In this document: piece by piece, positions 1-12,129 of the stretch | Position numbering within the stretch: the stretch's first letter is position 1 | Layout: each line of letters begins with the position of its first letter | The notes under the pieces: model-generated | The model's database searches: none | Seen by the model: the letters and a program-made list of their open reading frames with translations, nothing else | Told to the model about the DNA's origin: nothing | NCBI GenBank assembly: GCA_951406725.2 | Contig: OX597829.1 | Span: 52,576,001 to 52,640,000 of the forward strand | From: Octopus vulgaris | Lineage: Eukaryota | Direction of reading: 5' to 3' | Length of the DNA: 64,000 bases | Position numbers and translations under genes: made by a program

Positions 1-741
1 ACGAAATGTGTTCCTTTCTTTTGCATCTCTTACCAAGAGGAAGATATGTTAAGCACTCACAGGCACATTTGTTATAATTGGGAAAAAATGATAGAAAGAA
101 ATAAGGTAGCTCATGTAATGAAGGAGATTATCAAAAAGAACATGTTAAATTAAGGATTTAACATAGTTTTGGATGAATGAAGGTTTGATACACAATTTTT
201 TTTTTTTTAAATAGTAATTTTTGTGTGAATAATATTTCTGTGGTGGAGGGTTAATTTATTTGTTCACAAGAATGTTTGTATGTGAACCTAATTTCTTTTG
301 AGAGTGAAGCTTTTCTATCAAAGGCCAAATAAATTAGGAAACAAAGGAGCAAAAGGACACTATGGGAATAATTGAAAGAACCTAAAGGAAAGAAAAAAGA
401 AAAAAATCAGCCTAAAAATCCTGCATACTGACAGGAGCTAGAAGGGAAAAGAAAGGAAAGTTGTTTATCAGTGTCGGTCTGTATTGTCAGTAAGATTATA
501 AAAATCTTCTGGAGTACATGTACTTTCAAAATTTATTTCTGACTTCAGCATAAGAATGCAGATATTTTATATTTTTCTGGCCCCGATACATTCCTTGCTT
601 TGTTAACTTCTGGAGGGTGAAAAGCAAAGTTCAATCCAAGGGAATTTGAACTCAGTGTCAAGGAATGTAAGTGAATGCTTTCAAAGTATTTAATTTGTCA
701 CTCTATCAGTGCCATGCAAAGACTTTTAATATTGGTTTTAA

Positions 742-952
742 CCCTTTAGTGTTGAAACCGGCTAAAATATTCTACCTATTTTTTGTTCAAACTAGTCAGA
801 TACGGTCATTCATAGCTATCTTATTGTGTCATTTTAAAAATAAACAATCACATCATTGAAATCTCAAAGCCATGAAATGATGCAAGATTAATTTTACATG
901 GTGTGAATACATAAGCTTTACATTTGACAGAATAATCTGAATGCTAAAGGTG
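742..952. mobile_element. piggyBac-type MITE, family P2
   Basis: TTAA|CCCTTTAGTGTT ... AATGCTAAAGGTG|TTAA: TTAA target duplication with CCC..GGG-type termini. Related copies at 27103, 35923 and 48281. Confidence 0.7.
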
Positions 953-1437
953 TTAAAGGCCAGCAGTTTTAGGGGAAAGAGGATAGCTGATTATATCAAC
1001 CCCAGAATTTAACTGGCACTTTATTTTATTGACCCCAAAAGGATGAAAGGCTAAATTGGCCTCAGTGCTGGGTCTAATTTCTATAAAAAATCTGAAGAGA
1101 TAACTTTAAAAAGTGACTGAATTGCACTGCTAACACAGATGGGACATAGTATTGATTTATGAACCTTTAATATGCTTGGTTGCATAACAAAATACAGTGT
1201 TTCTACCAGTAATTAATTAAACTGATTATGTTGAATTGGCCTTGCATATACTTTTCTTGCCATCATTTCATTATATGGTACTCTGTACTTTATCAACTTA
1301 AATTAAACATTTTTTTCACAATGTTTTTGTTTTTCTTGTTTCCTTCCCAACTAATTTTGACCTCTTGTTCGTATTCCTTCAAGATAATGGCTTTTTGTTT
1401 TGTGCTTCATAGTTATTTGTATTAATTATCCCGTTAT

Positions 1438-1812
1438 AGGTGCAAGTGTGGCTGTGTGGTTAAGAGCCTTGCTTCCCAACCATGTGGTCTTGGGTTCAAT
1501 CCCACTGTATGTCAGTTTGGGCAAATGTTTTCTTTGATTAGCCCCAAGCCAATCAAAGCCTTCTGAGTAGATTTCTTCTGACTGAAAGAAGCCTGTGCGT
1601 GTGTGCGTGCGTGTGCGTGTATGTGTGTGTGTGTGTCCTCTATTCTATTTGACAACTGGTGTTGGTTTGATTGTGTTTCTTTAACTTAGCAGTTCAGCAA
1701 AAGAAACAGATAGAATAAGTACCAGACTGGAGTTAATATGTTCAACTAAGCCCTTCAAGTGCTCCAGCTTGGCCCTGGTCTAGAGACTGAAGCAAGTAAA
1801 AGATAGAAAAAA
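1438..1812 (+). mobile_element. tRNA-derived SINE family A (about 400 bp, CORE-like), diverged copy
   Basis: Head gtggctgtgtggtaag...gggttcaatccc (pol III A/B boxes), internal (TG)n, tail aagtaaaaga. Confidence 0.75.
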
Positions 1813-1874
1813 GATACTCTTTACTGAATATTTATTTTTTGCATAAAGTCTCTCTTTGAAATTATTCTTGTATT

Positions 1875-2245
1875 TTTTGCTTGTCTTAGTCATTGTGGCC
1901 ATGCTGGGGCACTATGTTGAAGTGTTTTGTCAATGAAATTTACACCATTCCTTTTTTTTTTTAAGCCTAGTACTTTATTGGTCTTTTACCGAACTGCTAA
2001 ATTACACGGACATAAAGAAACCAAAACTGGTCAAGCTGTGGTTTGAATAGACACAAAGGTACGCGCGCGTGCACACATACACACACACACACACACGTGT
2101 ATGTGTGTATAGACACATACACAATGGACCTCCTTGCTGTTTTGGTCAGTCCAAGGTTATAATGGAAGACATTTGCTCATGGTGCCATGCAGTGGGACTG
2201 AACCCAAAACTGCAAATTGAACTTATCAACCACACAGCCATGCCT
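1875..2245 (-). mobile_element. SINE family A, diverged copy
   Basis: Reverse complement of family A (ggccatgctggggcac ... gtgggactgaaccc ... accacacagccatgcc). Confidence 0.7.
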
Positions 2246-2329
2246 CCCCATGGTAAACATGTCAGATTTTGGAGTGGTGTGTTTGGTGCTCACATGTTTA
2301 TTTTTGCATCTCTGTTTTAAATGAGGAGG

Positions 2330-2653
2330 AGACCTCCTTCGGTCATGAATGACCATGGCATTGCACCTAGAAAGTTACCCTCCTAGGCACAAGTTTGCGC
2401 AAGGTTGTTTGTGGAGGCCCATGCATACCAGCTTTCCCTCTCCACACCACTGATGTTATCCAAGGGAAAGGCAAAGGGGCCGACACAGCTTCGCACCAGT
2501 GATGTCATAACTCATTTCTACAGCTGAGTGAACTGGAGCAATGTGAAATAAAGTGTCTTGCTCAAGAACACAACATGCAGCCCGGTCTGGGATTGGAACT
2601 CCCAACCTCATGGTCATAAGCTCGATGCTCTAAACACTGAGCCATGCGCCTTC
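2330..2653 (-). mobile_element. tRNA-derived SINE family C
   Basis: Minus-strand head ggcgcatggctcagtg...gagttccaatccc and body gttgtgttcttgagcaagacactttatttcac. Near-full copies also at 34931 (+) and 59584 (-). Confidence 0.8.
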
Positions 2654-2805
2654 ACACTTTAAATATCAATCCAATATACTTTATAATATTCCTTTGTAAT
2701 CTTCTCTTTCATTCGTGCGTGTTGTACACTGTCAAGATCATTGATTCCTTTATATTTCTGTGTGTGTGTCAGGTGTAATTCTTTTATTTCAGTTTCATCA
2801 TCTGA

Positions 2806-3093
2806 CAGCGGTTCTCAGTTGGGGGTCCACATGACCCTTGGGGGTCCATATAAGAATTTTGTCGTTAAAATTTATGTGTGATAAATTGGTTATACTTCTA
2901 TGATACACAAAATGTTTTAGCAATTTTTTTAATACAATTCTTATCAATATTCAATTATAAAAAAATTTAATAGGATTTTTTCAAACATCGAATCGTGTTG
3001 AGGGTCCATCCAATTAAAATAGAAATTAAAGGGGTCCATCTGAATATAACAGAAATCGAAGGGATGTAGGTTAAAAATGTTTGAGAACAACTG
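2806..3093. mobile_element. hAT/Charlie-type MITE
   Basis: Terminal inverted repeats CAGCGGTTCTCA ... TGAGAACAACTG, repeated internal GGGGTCCA motifs, imperfect atctgaca/atctaaca flanks. Confidence 0.7.
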
Positions 3094-3792
3094 ATCTAAC
3101 ATATTAGTGTTAATTAATTTTCCTTTCTTCAAGTTTTCTTTTTTATTTTCCTAGTTTACCATTTAACTAATCCAAACCTGTTTCTCTGGTAGGTAAAATA
3201 ATGTACTGTCTACAGTAATACATCTAGTTTTTTTTTTACTATCTGCAGTGTATGAAGTGGTTCAGACAAAAGATAATCTACTATTTCTATAACATTTGTA
3301 TCTGAGTCCAGTTCAGTTTGATATGATAGTTAAAGGTGTTAGCACCAGATAGAAACGGGGCAGAGAGATGGAGCCTTATGAGGAGATTTGGTAGATGGAA
3401 ACTGGAAGACGTTCATTGTATATATATATGTGTATGTATGTATATATCTATGTTTGCTCACCCCCGCTATCACCTAACAATGGTGTTGCTTTGTTTACAT
3501 CCTTATATCTTAGTAGTTTGATAATAAAAAAAAAAGTGATCAATAGAATAAATACCAGGCTTAGAAAAAAGTACTGGGGTTGATTTGTTTCACTAAAACC
3601 GTTCAAGGTTTCACTGCAATCAGTTAATTGGAACAAGTAATTAGTAAAAAGGTTCCCTCATTTAGAATATCTCTACTCATATTTTTTTGTATTGTGTAAC
3701 TGATGCTGCCTTACTCATGGTCACTGTTCCCAGTCTCCACACATGAGCAATACTCAATCGAAGGATGCTTTCTGGTAATCATTCCATGCTGT

Positions 3793-3949
3793 GAAGATGC
3801 CGACGACCGCTTTGTTCAAAGTCTCCCTTGACCTCAAGTGGCCTGAACTCTTTACATGAACACCACCCTATACATAACTCCATGTCCCCCTACAAGGCCT
3901 TGCGTTTTGCTTTTTGAGCCAAAAATTAACTAACTAACTAACTAACTAA
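3793..3949 (+). mobile_element. 5'-truncated CR1/L2-type LINE end with (AACT)n tail and 28-bp flanking direct repeat
   Basis: Encodes VKMPTTALFKVSLDLKWPELFT*, resembling the CR1 ORF2 C-terminal FKxxLDxxW motif, then a 3' UTR and an (AACT)n tail. Flanked by atgctttctggt(a/t)atcattccatgctgt at 3765-3792 and 3950-3977. Confidence 0.7.
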
Positions 3950-4116
3950 ATGCTTTCTGGTTATCATTCCATGCTGTATTCAAACCCTTGTTTCTCCTTC
4001 TACAGTGTTTGGTTATGACTTTGTTGATCATTGATTGATCTTTGCAGTCATAAGAACCTTTCCTGTACTCATTCAGTTCATCTAGAAACAAAGATGTCTG
4101 TATTTTATTTCAAGTA

Positions 4117-4538
4117 TTTACTCTTTACTATTTTACTCTTTTACTTGTTTCAGTCATTTGACTGCAGCCATGCTGGAGCACCGCCTTTAGTCGACCAAAT
4201 CGACCCCGGGACTTATTCTTTGTTAAGCCCAGTACTTATTCTATCGGTCTCTTTTGCCGAACCGCTAAGTGACGGGGACATAAACACACCAGCATCGGTT
4301 GTCAAGGCAATGCTAGGGGGACAAACAGACACACAAACACACACACACACACACACACACAATATATATATACATATATACGACAGGCTTCTTTCAGTTT
4401 CCGTCTACCAAATCCACTCATAAGGCATTGGTCGGCCCGGGGCTATAGCAGAAGACACTTGCCCAAGATGCCACGCAGTGGGACTGAACCCAGAACCATG
4501 TGGTTGGTTAGCAAGCTACTTACCACACAGCCACTCCT
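4117..4538 (-). mobile_element. SINE family A, young full-length copy
   Basis: CpG-retaining; near-identical to the reverse complement of 4845-5241. Confidence 0.9.
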
Positions 4539-4565
4539 TTACTTTCTGTGATATTATTGCATTTA

Positions 4566-4782
4566 AGGTGGCAAGCTAGCAGAATCGTTAGCACAATTGG
4601 CAAAATGCTAAACGATATTTTGTTCTATCTTCATGATCTGAGTTCAAACTCTGCTGAGGTCAGCTTTGACTTTCATCAATTCAGGGTTGATAAACTAAGT
4701 ACTAGTTGCATACTAGGGCTGATATAATCGACTTGTCCTTCCCCCAAAATATCAGGCCTTGGGCTTTTAGAAGAAAGGAGAT
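4566..4782 (+). mobile_element. SINE family B, diverged copy
   Basis: ggtggcaagctagcagaatcgttagcac...tctgagttcaaac...ctttcatc...gataaactaagtac. Confidence 0.7.
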
Positions 4783-4844
4783 TATTGCATTTAAGGCTTT
4801 GTAGCTTGTGGATCATGTGCTCTGTGTATAAACAATGTACATAA

Positions 4845-5021
4845 GGCGCAGGAGTGGCTGTGTGGTAAGTAACTTGCTAACCAACCACATGGTTCCGGGT
4901 TCAGTCCCACTGCGTGGCACCTTGGGCAAGTGTCTTCTGCTATAGCCCCGGGCTGACCAATGCCTTGTGAGTGGATTTGGTAGACGGAAACTGAAAGAAG
5001 CCTGTCGTATATATGTATATG

Positions 5022-5052
<31 letters not shown>

Positions 5053-5241
5053 TTGTCCCCCTAGCATTGCTTGACAACCGATGCTGGTGTGTTTATGTCC
5101 CCGTCACTTAGCGGTTCGGCAAAAGAGACCGATAGAATAAGTACTGGGCTTACAAAGAATAAGTCCCGGGGTCGATTTGCTCGACTAAAGGCGGTGCTCC
5201 AGCATGGCCGCAGTCAAATGACTGAAACAAGTAAAAGAGTA
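4845..5241 (+). mobile_element. SINE family A, young full-length copy
   Basis: GGCGCAGGAGTGGCTGTGTGGTAAG (A box), GGTTCAGTCCC (B box), CORE-like ccttgggcaagtgtctt, internal (TA/TG)n, tail gtaaaagagta. Confidence 0.9.
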
Positions 5242-5943
5242 TAAAACCAAACTTCAACTGAAGAAGAAATACTCACTATGTAATGATAGAATGTGGGGTT
5301 TATTTTCACAAGGGAGAACAGTAAATTGTGATTTGGTATTTTTGCTGGTATACTCTTCACTTTAAAAATTGATTTGTGTATGTCAAAAGAAATCCATATT
5401 ACAGTTTAAATTTGTGATACAAAGCTTAAATGAATAAAATTAGAATTTTAATCCAATTTTTATCTCGCCACACATTTCCATTCTCTTGGTTGGTGCTTAA
5501 TGTCTGAGAAGAAATGGACTTGCAATTGATAACAGTTTCTGATCCGCAAGAAAAGATTAGTTTCCTGTCTGATTAGCATTATGAAAACCATCTATTGATC
5601 CTTTCAATCACAGTAATTATGAGATCAAGTGTTTTTTTTTTTTTAGTATTCTATTAATCTTTTTACTGGTTTTAGTTAATCTGCCACTATTCTAGGACCT
5701 CCACCTTTATTTTATTTTATTTTATTTTTATGTGTTTGTTTTTACTTTAATCATAATTATAGTGAGCTGTACCTTCATACCTATTTCCACAATTTGTTCT
5801 AGATTGAAATCTTAGAAATAAATTCTACCTTAAGAAACTCATTTTTTTTTCTAATTTTCTTGTATATTTGCAATATTTCTGTAAAAAAAAAAATCCGTTG
5901 ATCTCTTGATTGTCTTAATTATTATTTATTATTTATTTTACAG

Positions 5944-6022
5944 ACTTTCATAAATGATGTACGAATTCCCGAACAAGAATATATAACATTGGAAGAAAAA
6001 TATACAATACGCCTTGGATTTT
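5944..6022 (+). CDS. CEP170: Internal coding exon of a CEP170-like centrosomal protein gene (C-terminal part of the FHA domain); 79 nt, phase 0 to phase 1
   Basis: Acceptor ttttacag at 5936-5943. Translates as [26 protein letters not shown], matching (from memory) human CEP170 [26 protein letters not shown]. Ends at a U12 donor ATATCCTTT. Upstream exons were not found in the window. Confidence 0.9.
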
Positions 6023-6380
6023 ATATCCTTTGTTTAATATAAAATTCAACCAAAACTACCAGGTTGTACATTTTGAGTAAAATTCCATTCTTAGTCAAGG
6101 CATCATATAATCGAACAGGAAATGAAATACTACTCTGCTAGTGTGGTGGTTGAGTGTAGTGGTTCAAATCCAAGTTATGATTTTGAAAATAGAGTGACTG
6201 GGTCAATGATTTCAAAGTCAAGCCTTTTTAAAATGTCTGAGGTTGTCTTTAAGATGATTGGTTTGGATGATGTTGCATCACAGGGTTTTTGTTTTGTTTT
6301 GTTTTGTTTTGTTTTGTTAGGTTTTAGAATTATAATAGTTTTGGATTCTGGGAATTGATTATTTGTCTATGTGTTTGTGT

Positions 6381-6680
6381 GAAGGCATGTGACCTAGTGG
6401 TTAGGGTGTTGATCTCTCAATTTAGTGATCATGGATATGATTCCCGGACCGAGTGGCACATCGCGATCTTGATCAAAACACTTTCATTTCATGTTGTTCC
6501 AGTGTGCTCAGCTTAAACAGGTAACCCTGTAGTGGACTAGCCTTCCAATCAGGGGAAATGTTGGCCACCTGTCTTAGCCAGCAGGAGGGCATCATTTGAA
6601 AGGTAAAACAATGCAAAACATTGTCACCAGCAATGTAACAACAATTGATAGTCTGCTCTATCAGATGATCACGGGATATG
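6381..6680 (+). mobile_element. Diverged tRNA-derived SINE whose tail is shared with the SINE at 56822
   Basis: tRNA-like head gaaggcatgtgacctagtggttaggg. Tail ttagccagc...tcatttgaa...aaaacaatg...attgtcaccagcaatgt matches about 57024-57130. Confidence 0.6.
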
Positions 6681-7510
6681 TATTTGTAGATACACTATTG
6701 GCGTTAGGAAGGGCATCCAGCTATAGAAACTATGACAGATCAGATTAGAGTCTGGTGCAACCATCTGGTTTGCCAAACCTCAGTCAAATCATCCAATCCA
6801 TGCTAGCATGAAAAGCAGACGTTAAACGATGATGATGATGATGATGACTTGGTGTGTGCAGGGGATTTCTTCAGGTTCAAGATACTTTATAGGGTTTTAG
6901 TGTTATGTTTATAATTTCAGAAGCCATGAAGCTTTTGAGTTTTTTTTAAAAATTTCCCTATTGTTCTTTTTTTTTGTTTGGGCGTGTGTGTTTTTCTAAT
7001 AGAAGGAAGTGGTCCAAATTATGATCTGAGTGGAAGGTGTATATTTTATAGTTCTATTTTCCTTATATGTTGCTGCAATCTTTTGTTAGAGAAATATTTT
7101 TATAAAGTATATGAGTATGGAAGTTGTGATGATGTGATCAGATCTCTATCAACATACACAGTGCAGATGAAGTGTGAACACAATGCATAACAGTACAATG
7201 TCTAGACCAGTAATATAATATCCACTGGGCAGTCAACTAAATATTTATGAGTAGCCTGTAAATTCAGTAAATCAGATAGCATTTTGTATCCATTTGTCAG
7301 ATCAATGTTTCCTCTTTTATTTTGGTGTTAAGGAATGCAGCTCCACCAACAACCTTAACTGAGCTCTTTGAAAGCAGCTCTTCTTCATAAGTCACAATTT
7401 GTAGCATTTGAAAAACATATTACTAACAGTGAATTATATTTACATTTTGGTTTTGTATTCTTATTAGATGAATAGTTGAAATGGTTGAAATCTCTCATTT
7501 GCAATGTTTT

Positions 7511-7788
7511 TTGCCAGCCTAGTCTGGCACCTGTGTCGGTGGCACAAAAAAAAAAACACCATCTGAGCGTGGCCGTTCGCCAGCCTCGTCTGGCACCTGT
7601 GTCGGTGGCACATAAAAAGCATCCACTACACTCATGGAGTGGTTGGCGTTAGGAAGGGCATCCAGCCGTAGAAACACTGCCAGATCTGACTGGCCTGGTG
7701 CAGCCTTCTGGCTTCCCAGACCCCAGTTGAACCGTCCAACCCATGCTAGCATGGAAAGCGGATGTTAAACGATGATGATGATGATGAT
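7511..7788 (+). mobile_element. Retroposon family D (RTE-like 3' tail ending in (GAT)n) with two internal 62-bp units
   Basis: ggttggcgttaggaagggcatccagc...cccatgctagcatggaaagcggatgttaaac(gat)n. Other copies at 6698-6846, 12730-13057, 14773-14928, 20876-21237, 41440-41624 (+) and 33398-33509, 24684-24860, 53613-53760 (-). Confidence 0.8.
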
Positions 7789-8664
7789 ATGCATATTCTG
7801 GCAAGTAAACCAACCCTTGTTTCACCTACGATTTTTCAACCTATATATCCTAACTTGAGTCAAATGAAGGTCTGAAAAAGAATTTTAAAGATTTGTATCC
7901 AATATGGTGCAGTGTCTATGTTATGTTCAATACGGCACAAGTAAAACCAAATGCCCCTATTTGAATGGTGTGCTTTCAATTAATCTGGTCAGACAAGCTG
8001 CCAACAACAATTTAAATCTTCTATTACCAGACATCCCCATTCAAGAAATGTGGCATGAATGTCTGGTCTACATTGGTCTGAAATATCTCATCTGTGCATG
8101 CCATGATTATAGATCATAGCAGTAGTTCACCAACTGAACTGGTTGGTCCTGGCTGTTGACCATTTATTTCTGTTCATCATCTTGTGGTATTTGACATTGA
8201 CCCAATTAGTTCATCTGCTGAAATAGTTCTCATTCTTACTAATGATAAAGATTGAAATTTGTAAGTTATAATTGGTCTTTAAGAAAATTAACAGAATTTT
8301 TATAGATTCCAATTTAAATGTATTAAGACTATTGAAATAAGAGATGGTGATGGCAGCTGCATGCCTTCAAGAAGAGAATGGATAGTACGAGGTGAGTGAT
8401 GTATGTCAATATTGAGTGACCTACAAGAGAGGAAGTGGTGACTAGAAGTGTGCGTGTGTGTGTGTATTTTATGACTCAGGCATAGCAATACATTCATGCT
8501 TTAGAGTAAGCCATCAGGTTGAGAGTTAATATAAATTAATGAATGACAAATAAGAGGAATTATGCAATCAATGTTCATTAGTTTACAGCTGTTTCTGCTA
8601 TAATTAAGCAAGTGTCCAGAGCTGAGCACTCATTATGTAATTTTATAATCAAGTTTATATACAA

Positions 8665-8957
8665 CTAGCAGTATCGCCTGGCGTTGCTCGGGTTTGTAAG
8701 GGAAATAACTATATAAGCATTTTTAGAGAGTTATAGCCATAAAATAGCAAAAAAATGCATTAAAATGGAAAAAAATTATGGTAAATTTTTTTTTAAATCG
8801 TAGACTCATCGTAGGCACACGCTAATACCCAGAAGGGCTCGATATGAATCACGACTATAAGATACCTGGTTTTGGTTAAACTGCATCGCAAAATGTGGGA
8901 GTAGTTAGGAATCTAAATCGTAGGAGACAGACACAACCTTACTTTTATATATAAAGA
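8665..8957 (-). mobile_element. Non-autonomous Helitron
   Basis: Minus strand: A|TCTTTATATATAAAAG ... CCCGAGCAACGCCAGGCGATACTGCTAG|T, giving 5' TC, 3' CTAG, a subterminal GC hairpin, insertion between A and T, and no TSD. Confidence 0.82.
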
Positions 8958-9323
8958 TATACAGGATGATTTACATATATGTGTTTTAGAAGTTTTAAAG
9001 GCGGTGCTCCAGCATGGCCGCAGTCAAATGACTGAAACAAATAAAAGTAAATAAAAGTAAAAGGCAAATATGAAATTTGAAAATATGGTTAGGTTGATTT
9101 GTAATTTTAACTTCACTTATACTTTAATAATTTATTTTATTTTAAATCTTTTTGAATACTATCAATTTCTTTTTTTTATTATTAAAAATGAAAAAGGAAA
9201 TGATATTCAGAATAAACATACTGATATTTATTAATGTTTAAGTTTGTAATAATCATTTCTCAAGTCTATTTTTATTTCTTCATAATTTAAGAGATCTCTG
9301 TTTTTTTCCCTTAACCATTGTAC

Positions 9324-9448
9324 CTCAGTCAGTATATTATATAGAACAGGTATTTGATACTCCATATAATGTTGAAGAGGAAAACGGTTCCCCTGATAAA
9401 ATAACTACATGGCCTTCAAATTCTCATGAAACAATGGATGAAGTTGAT
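9324..9448 (+). CDS. CEP170: Internal coding exon of the CEP170-like gene; 125 nt, phase 1 to phase 0
   Basis: After the AC acceptor it reads (S)QSVYYIEQVFDTPYNVEEENGSPDKITTWPSNSHETMDEVD with no stop and ends at a consensus donor GTAAGT (9449-9454). Confidence 0.82.
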
Positions 9449-10645
9449 GTAAGTATATTAATCCATTTTATGTTATTAGTAAATATTAATAAAAGGAAAT
9501 TGAGGAAAGAAAAACGTTTATGTTCCCAAGAATATTAAGCTCATCTTTAGAGAGTATATTTACAATTATTCACTGTCTTGTTCCTGGATAAAAAGCCAGC
9601 ACATAAATTCACATTATGCTGTAGTAGCAGTGCTATATTGTAAACATTACCAATACCATATATTTTAATGTACATGTGTTGTTTAAATGCCAGAAGGTGT
9701 AGATTTTTTCATCCAGGGGAAATTCCTTTCAAGATGTATAGTGTTAAAAAACACAATATGCTTCAGAACTAGATGAAACAAAATCACTCCCAGTGCATAA
9801 TTTTATTCTTGGATGTATACATATTTTCTGAATGGTTTCTGACTAAGAAGCTTTATTTTTATTACATTTTTATTTAATAGATCATTGGTTCTCATTTAAT
9901 TTGTAGCAGAACTTAAAAGAAAAAGAAAATCACAGATCCCATATCTACATTCTATACACAATCTCTGCTACCCTTAAATGCTAACTGAAACAAAAACTGT
10001 TTTGGAATTTATTCATTTGTATATAAAAGAAAAAGCAGCATGAAACTTGTTTTAAATATGGTGAAATGCTACTTTTTACTGAAGGAAATTTTTATTAAAT
10101 TTTATTAAAAGGCATCTTGTAGACCTCCAGGATTTTTTTCTACAGAACTCTAGGGTTCCCTAGAACCCTTTCTAAGAGCCATCGCATTATACTACTTCAT
10201 TGTTAAAAATAAAGGCTCTTAGTTTGAATCCAGTATAGGACAAAGTATGTACCCAGGAATAAGATACCTCTTGACCATCTGAAGTGAAACCAGCCACAAT
10301 ACAGTGAAAATATAAGCTTTGTAAATTATACACTCTGTAGTTTTAATAATGAGAGGAATTATAATTTGACAACAATTCATATCAGGCAGTGATTTAAAAG
10401 AATATTTGCATACAAATGCAATTTACAAAATAGTTTGGAAACTGTTTTAAATTTTTTGTTTTTCTTATTGTCCCTTAACATATGTATATATTCAGAAACA
10501 GCATTGTATATCTGGTGTTTTGCACAAGGAAAAATGCTAATATTAAATTTTTCAAATAATTTTATTGCCAAAGACATCATAACTGGAAAATTGTCAGTTT
10601 TTCCAGATTCTAATCCTACAATCCATATATTTCATAGCATAATAC

Positions 10646-10689
<44 letters not shown>

Positions 10690-12129
10690 TATATAAAATC
10701 TTACATACATACGCACATGTATTTATGAGATATTACTAGTTTCAGCCAATTGTATGTGGCCGTGAAGGACATGCTCATAATATATATTATATTGGAAGCA
10801 TAACTGTGCTTGAGTTTAATTGGCAGCTTTTTTAAATGGTACTAGCACAGGTGCTTTTTATAAGGTGCCAACATGGACCATGACAAAGATTCTGTCCAGG
10901 TATATTAACCCTTTCATTACTGTATTTATTTTGAGATGGTCTGTGTTTCTTTCAATTGATTTAAATATAACAAAGAATTTAATAAAATAATTTAGTTATC
11001 ATTAAGCTAGTATTAGGAACACTAGTGTTAATAACTTTCCATTTCTTTATTAGTCCTTTGTTTAATTAAGGACAATAACATTCCTAAAAATCTATTGTCT
11101 GAAGACCTTCTTTCCTTCATCTTCTGAATGAAGTGGTAGTAGTTGCGTATTTTGCAGTGTTTTCATACCAAGCAGCAAAGGATCATGGGAATAATATTGT
11201 TACTGATAAAAATTGTTGTAGCTGTGCTTAAAATTGCATGGTATCTATATGGTGGTTTTTCTTTTTTTTTAAAGTTTGTATTTTGTCATTAGTTTGGAAC
11301 TAAAGGTTAAGCAATTTTAAATCCTGCAACAATCATTTCATCAGTTGCATTATTCCCCCTGTTTCCACATAGCCTACCACAAAAACAAATGCGAGATGTT
11401 ATAATGATTCTTTTGTTCTCTCCCTCCTTCCTTCTTTTCGTTTCTCTCTCCCTGTTTTTGTGTGTGAGGATATTTCTATCTTTTGGCACTACCTTAAAGA
11501 ATTTTTAACTGAACAAACTGACAAATTTTTAAAGCTTGGTACTTATTCTATCAGTCTCTTTTGCCAAACTGCTAGGTTATGCAGGCTATAAACACACACA
11601 TGATAGGCTTCTTTCAGTTCCCATCTACCAAATCCACTCAAGGCTTTGGTGGGCCTGAAGCTATAGTAGAATGCACTTGCTCAAGGTGCCATGCAATGGG
11701 ACTGAACCTGGAACCATGTGGCCGGGAAGCAAGCTTCTTACCACACAACCACACCCGTGCCTATGTATGAGGAGAGGGAAAATGTTTAAGTGTTCAGTTT
11801 ATAAATTGTAATGTGTGTCTCTCTCTCTTTCTCTCTTTATATCTGTATGTGTGTATTTGTGTGCATGCATGTGTTTGTGTGTACTTCCAGCTTCCAGTGT
11901 TAAATGTCCAGTCAACTCTGCCGAATCATCAATGTCTAAACAACAGTTGTCTCATTCTGTACAAATCATGGTAAGACTGTACACCACCATTGCCACTTCA
12001 CTCCTGAAGATTAGACTGAGGAGGTCTTCAAAAGAATGTTATTGTTGCTTCTAGTTAAACATAAAGAACTAACAATGAAATATCATCACCTCTTTTGATT
12101 TGTTGGGTAACACAGGTTTACCCCAACAA

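Larger units (their letters stand above)
6023..9323 (+). other. U12-type (minor spliceosome) AT-AC intron, 3301 nt, phase 1
   Basis: 5' site ATATCCTTT (6023-6031) is the U12 consensus. Branch site TTCCCTTAAC (9306-9315) is followed 8 nt later by terminal AC (9322-9323). Splicing here keeps the frame open through both flanking exons. Confidence 0.88.

Noticed and set aside
4031-5067. Recurring peptides such as RLLSVSVYQIHS and RRHLPKVP in many ORFs across the window
   Set aside because: Translations of non-coding SINE family A copies, not a protein family.
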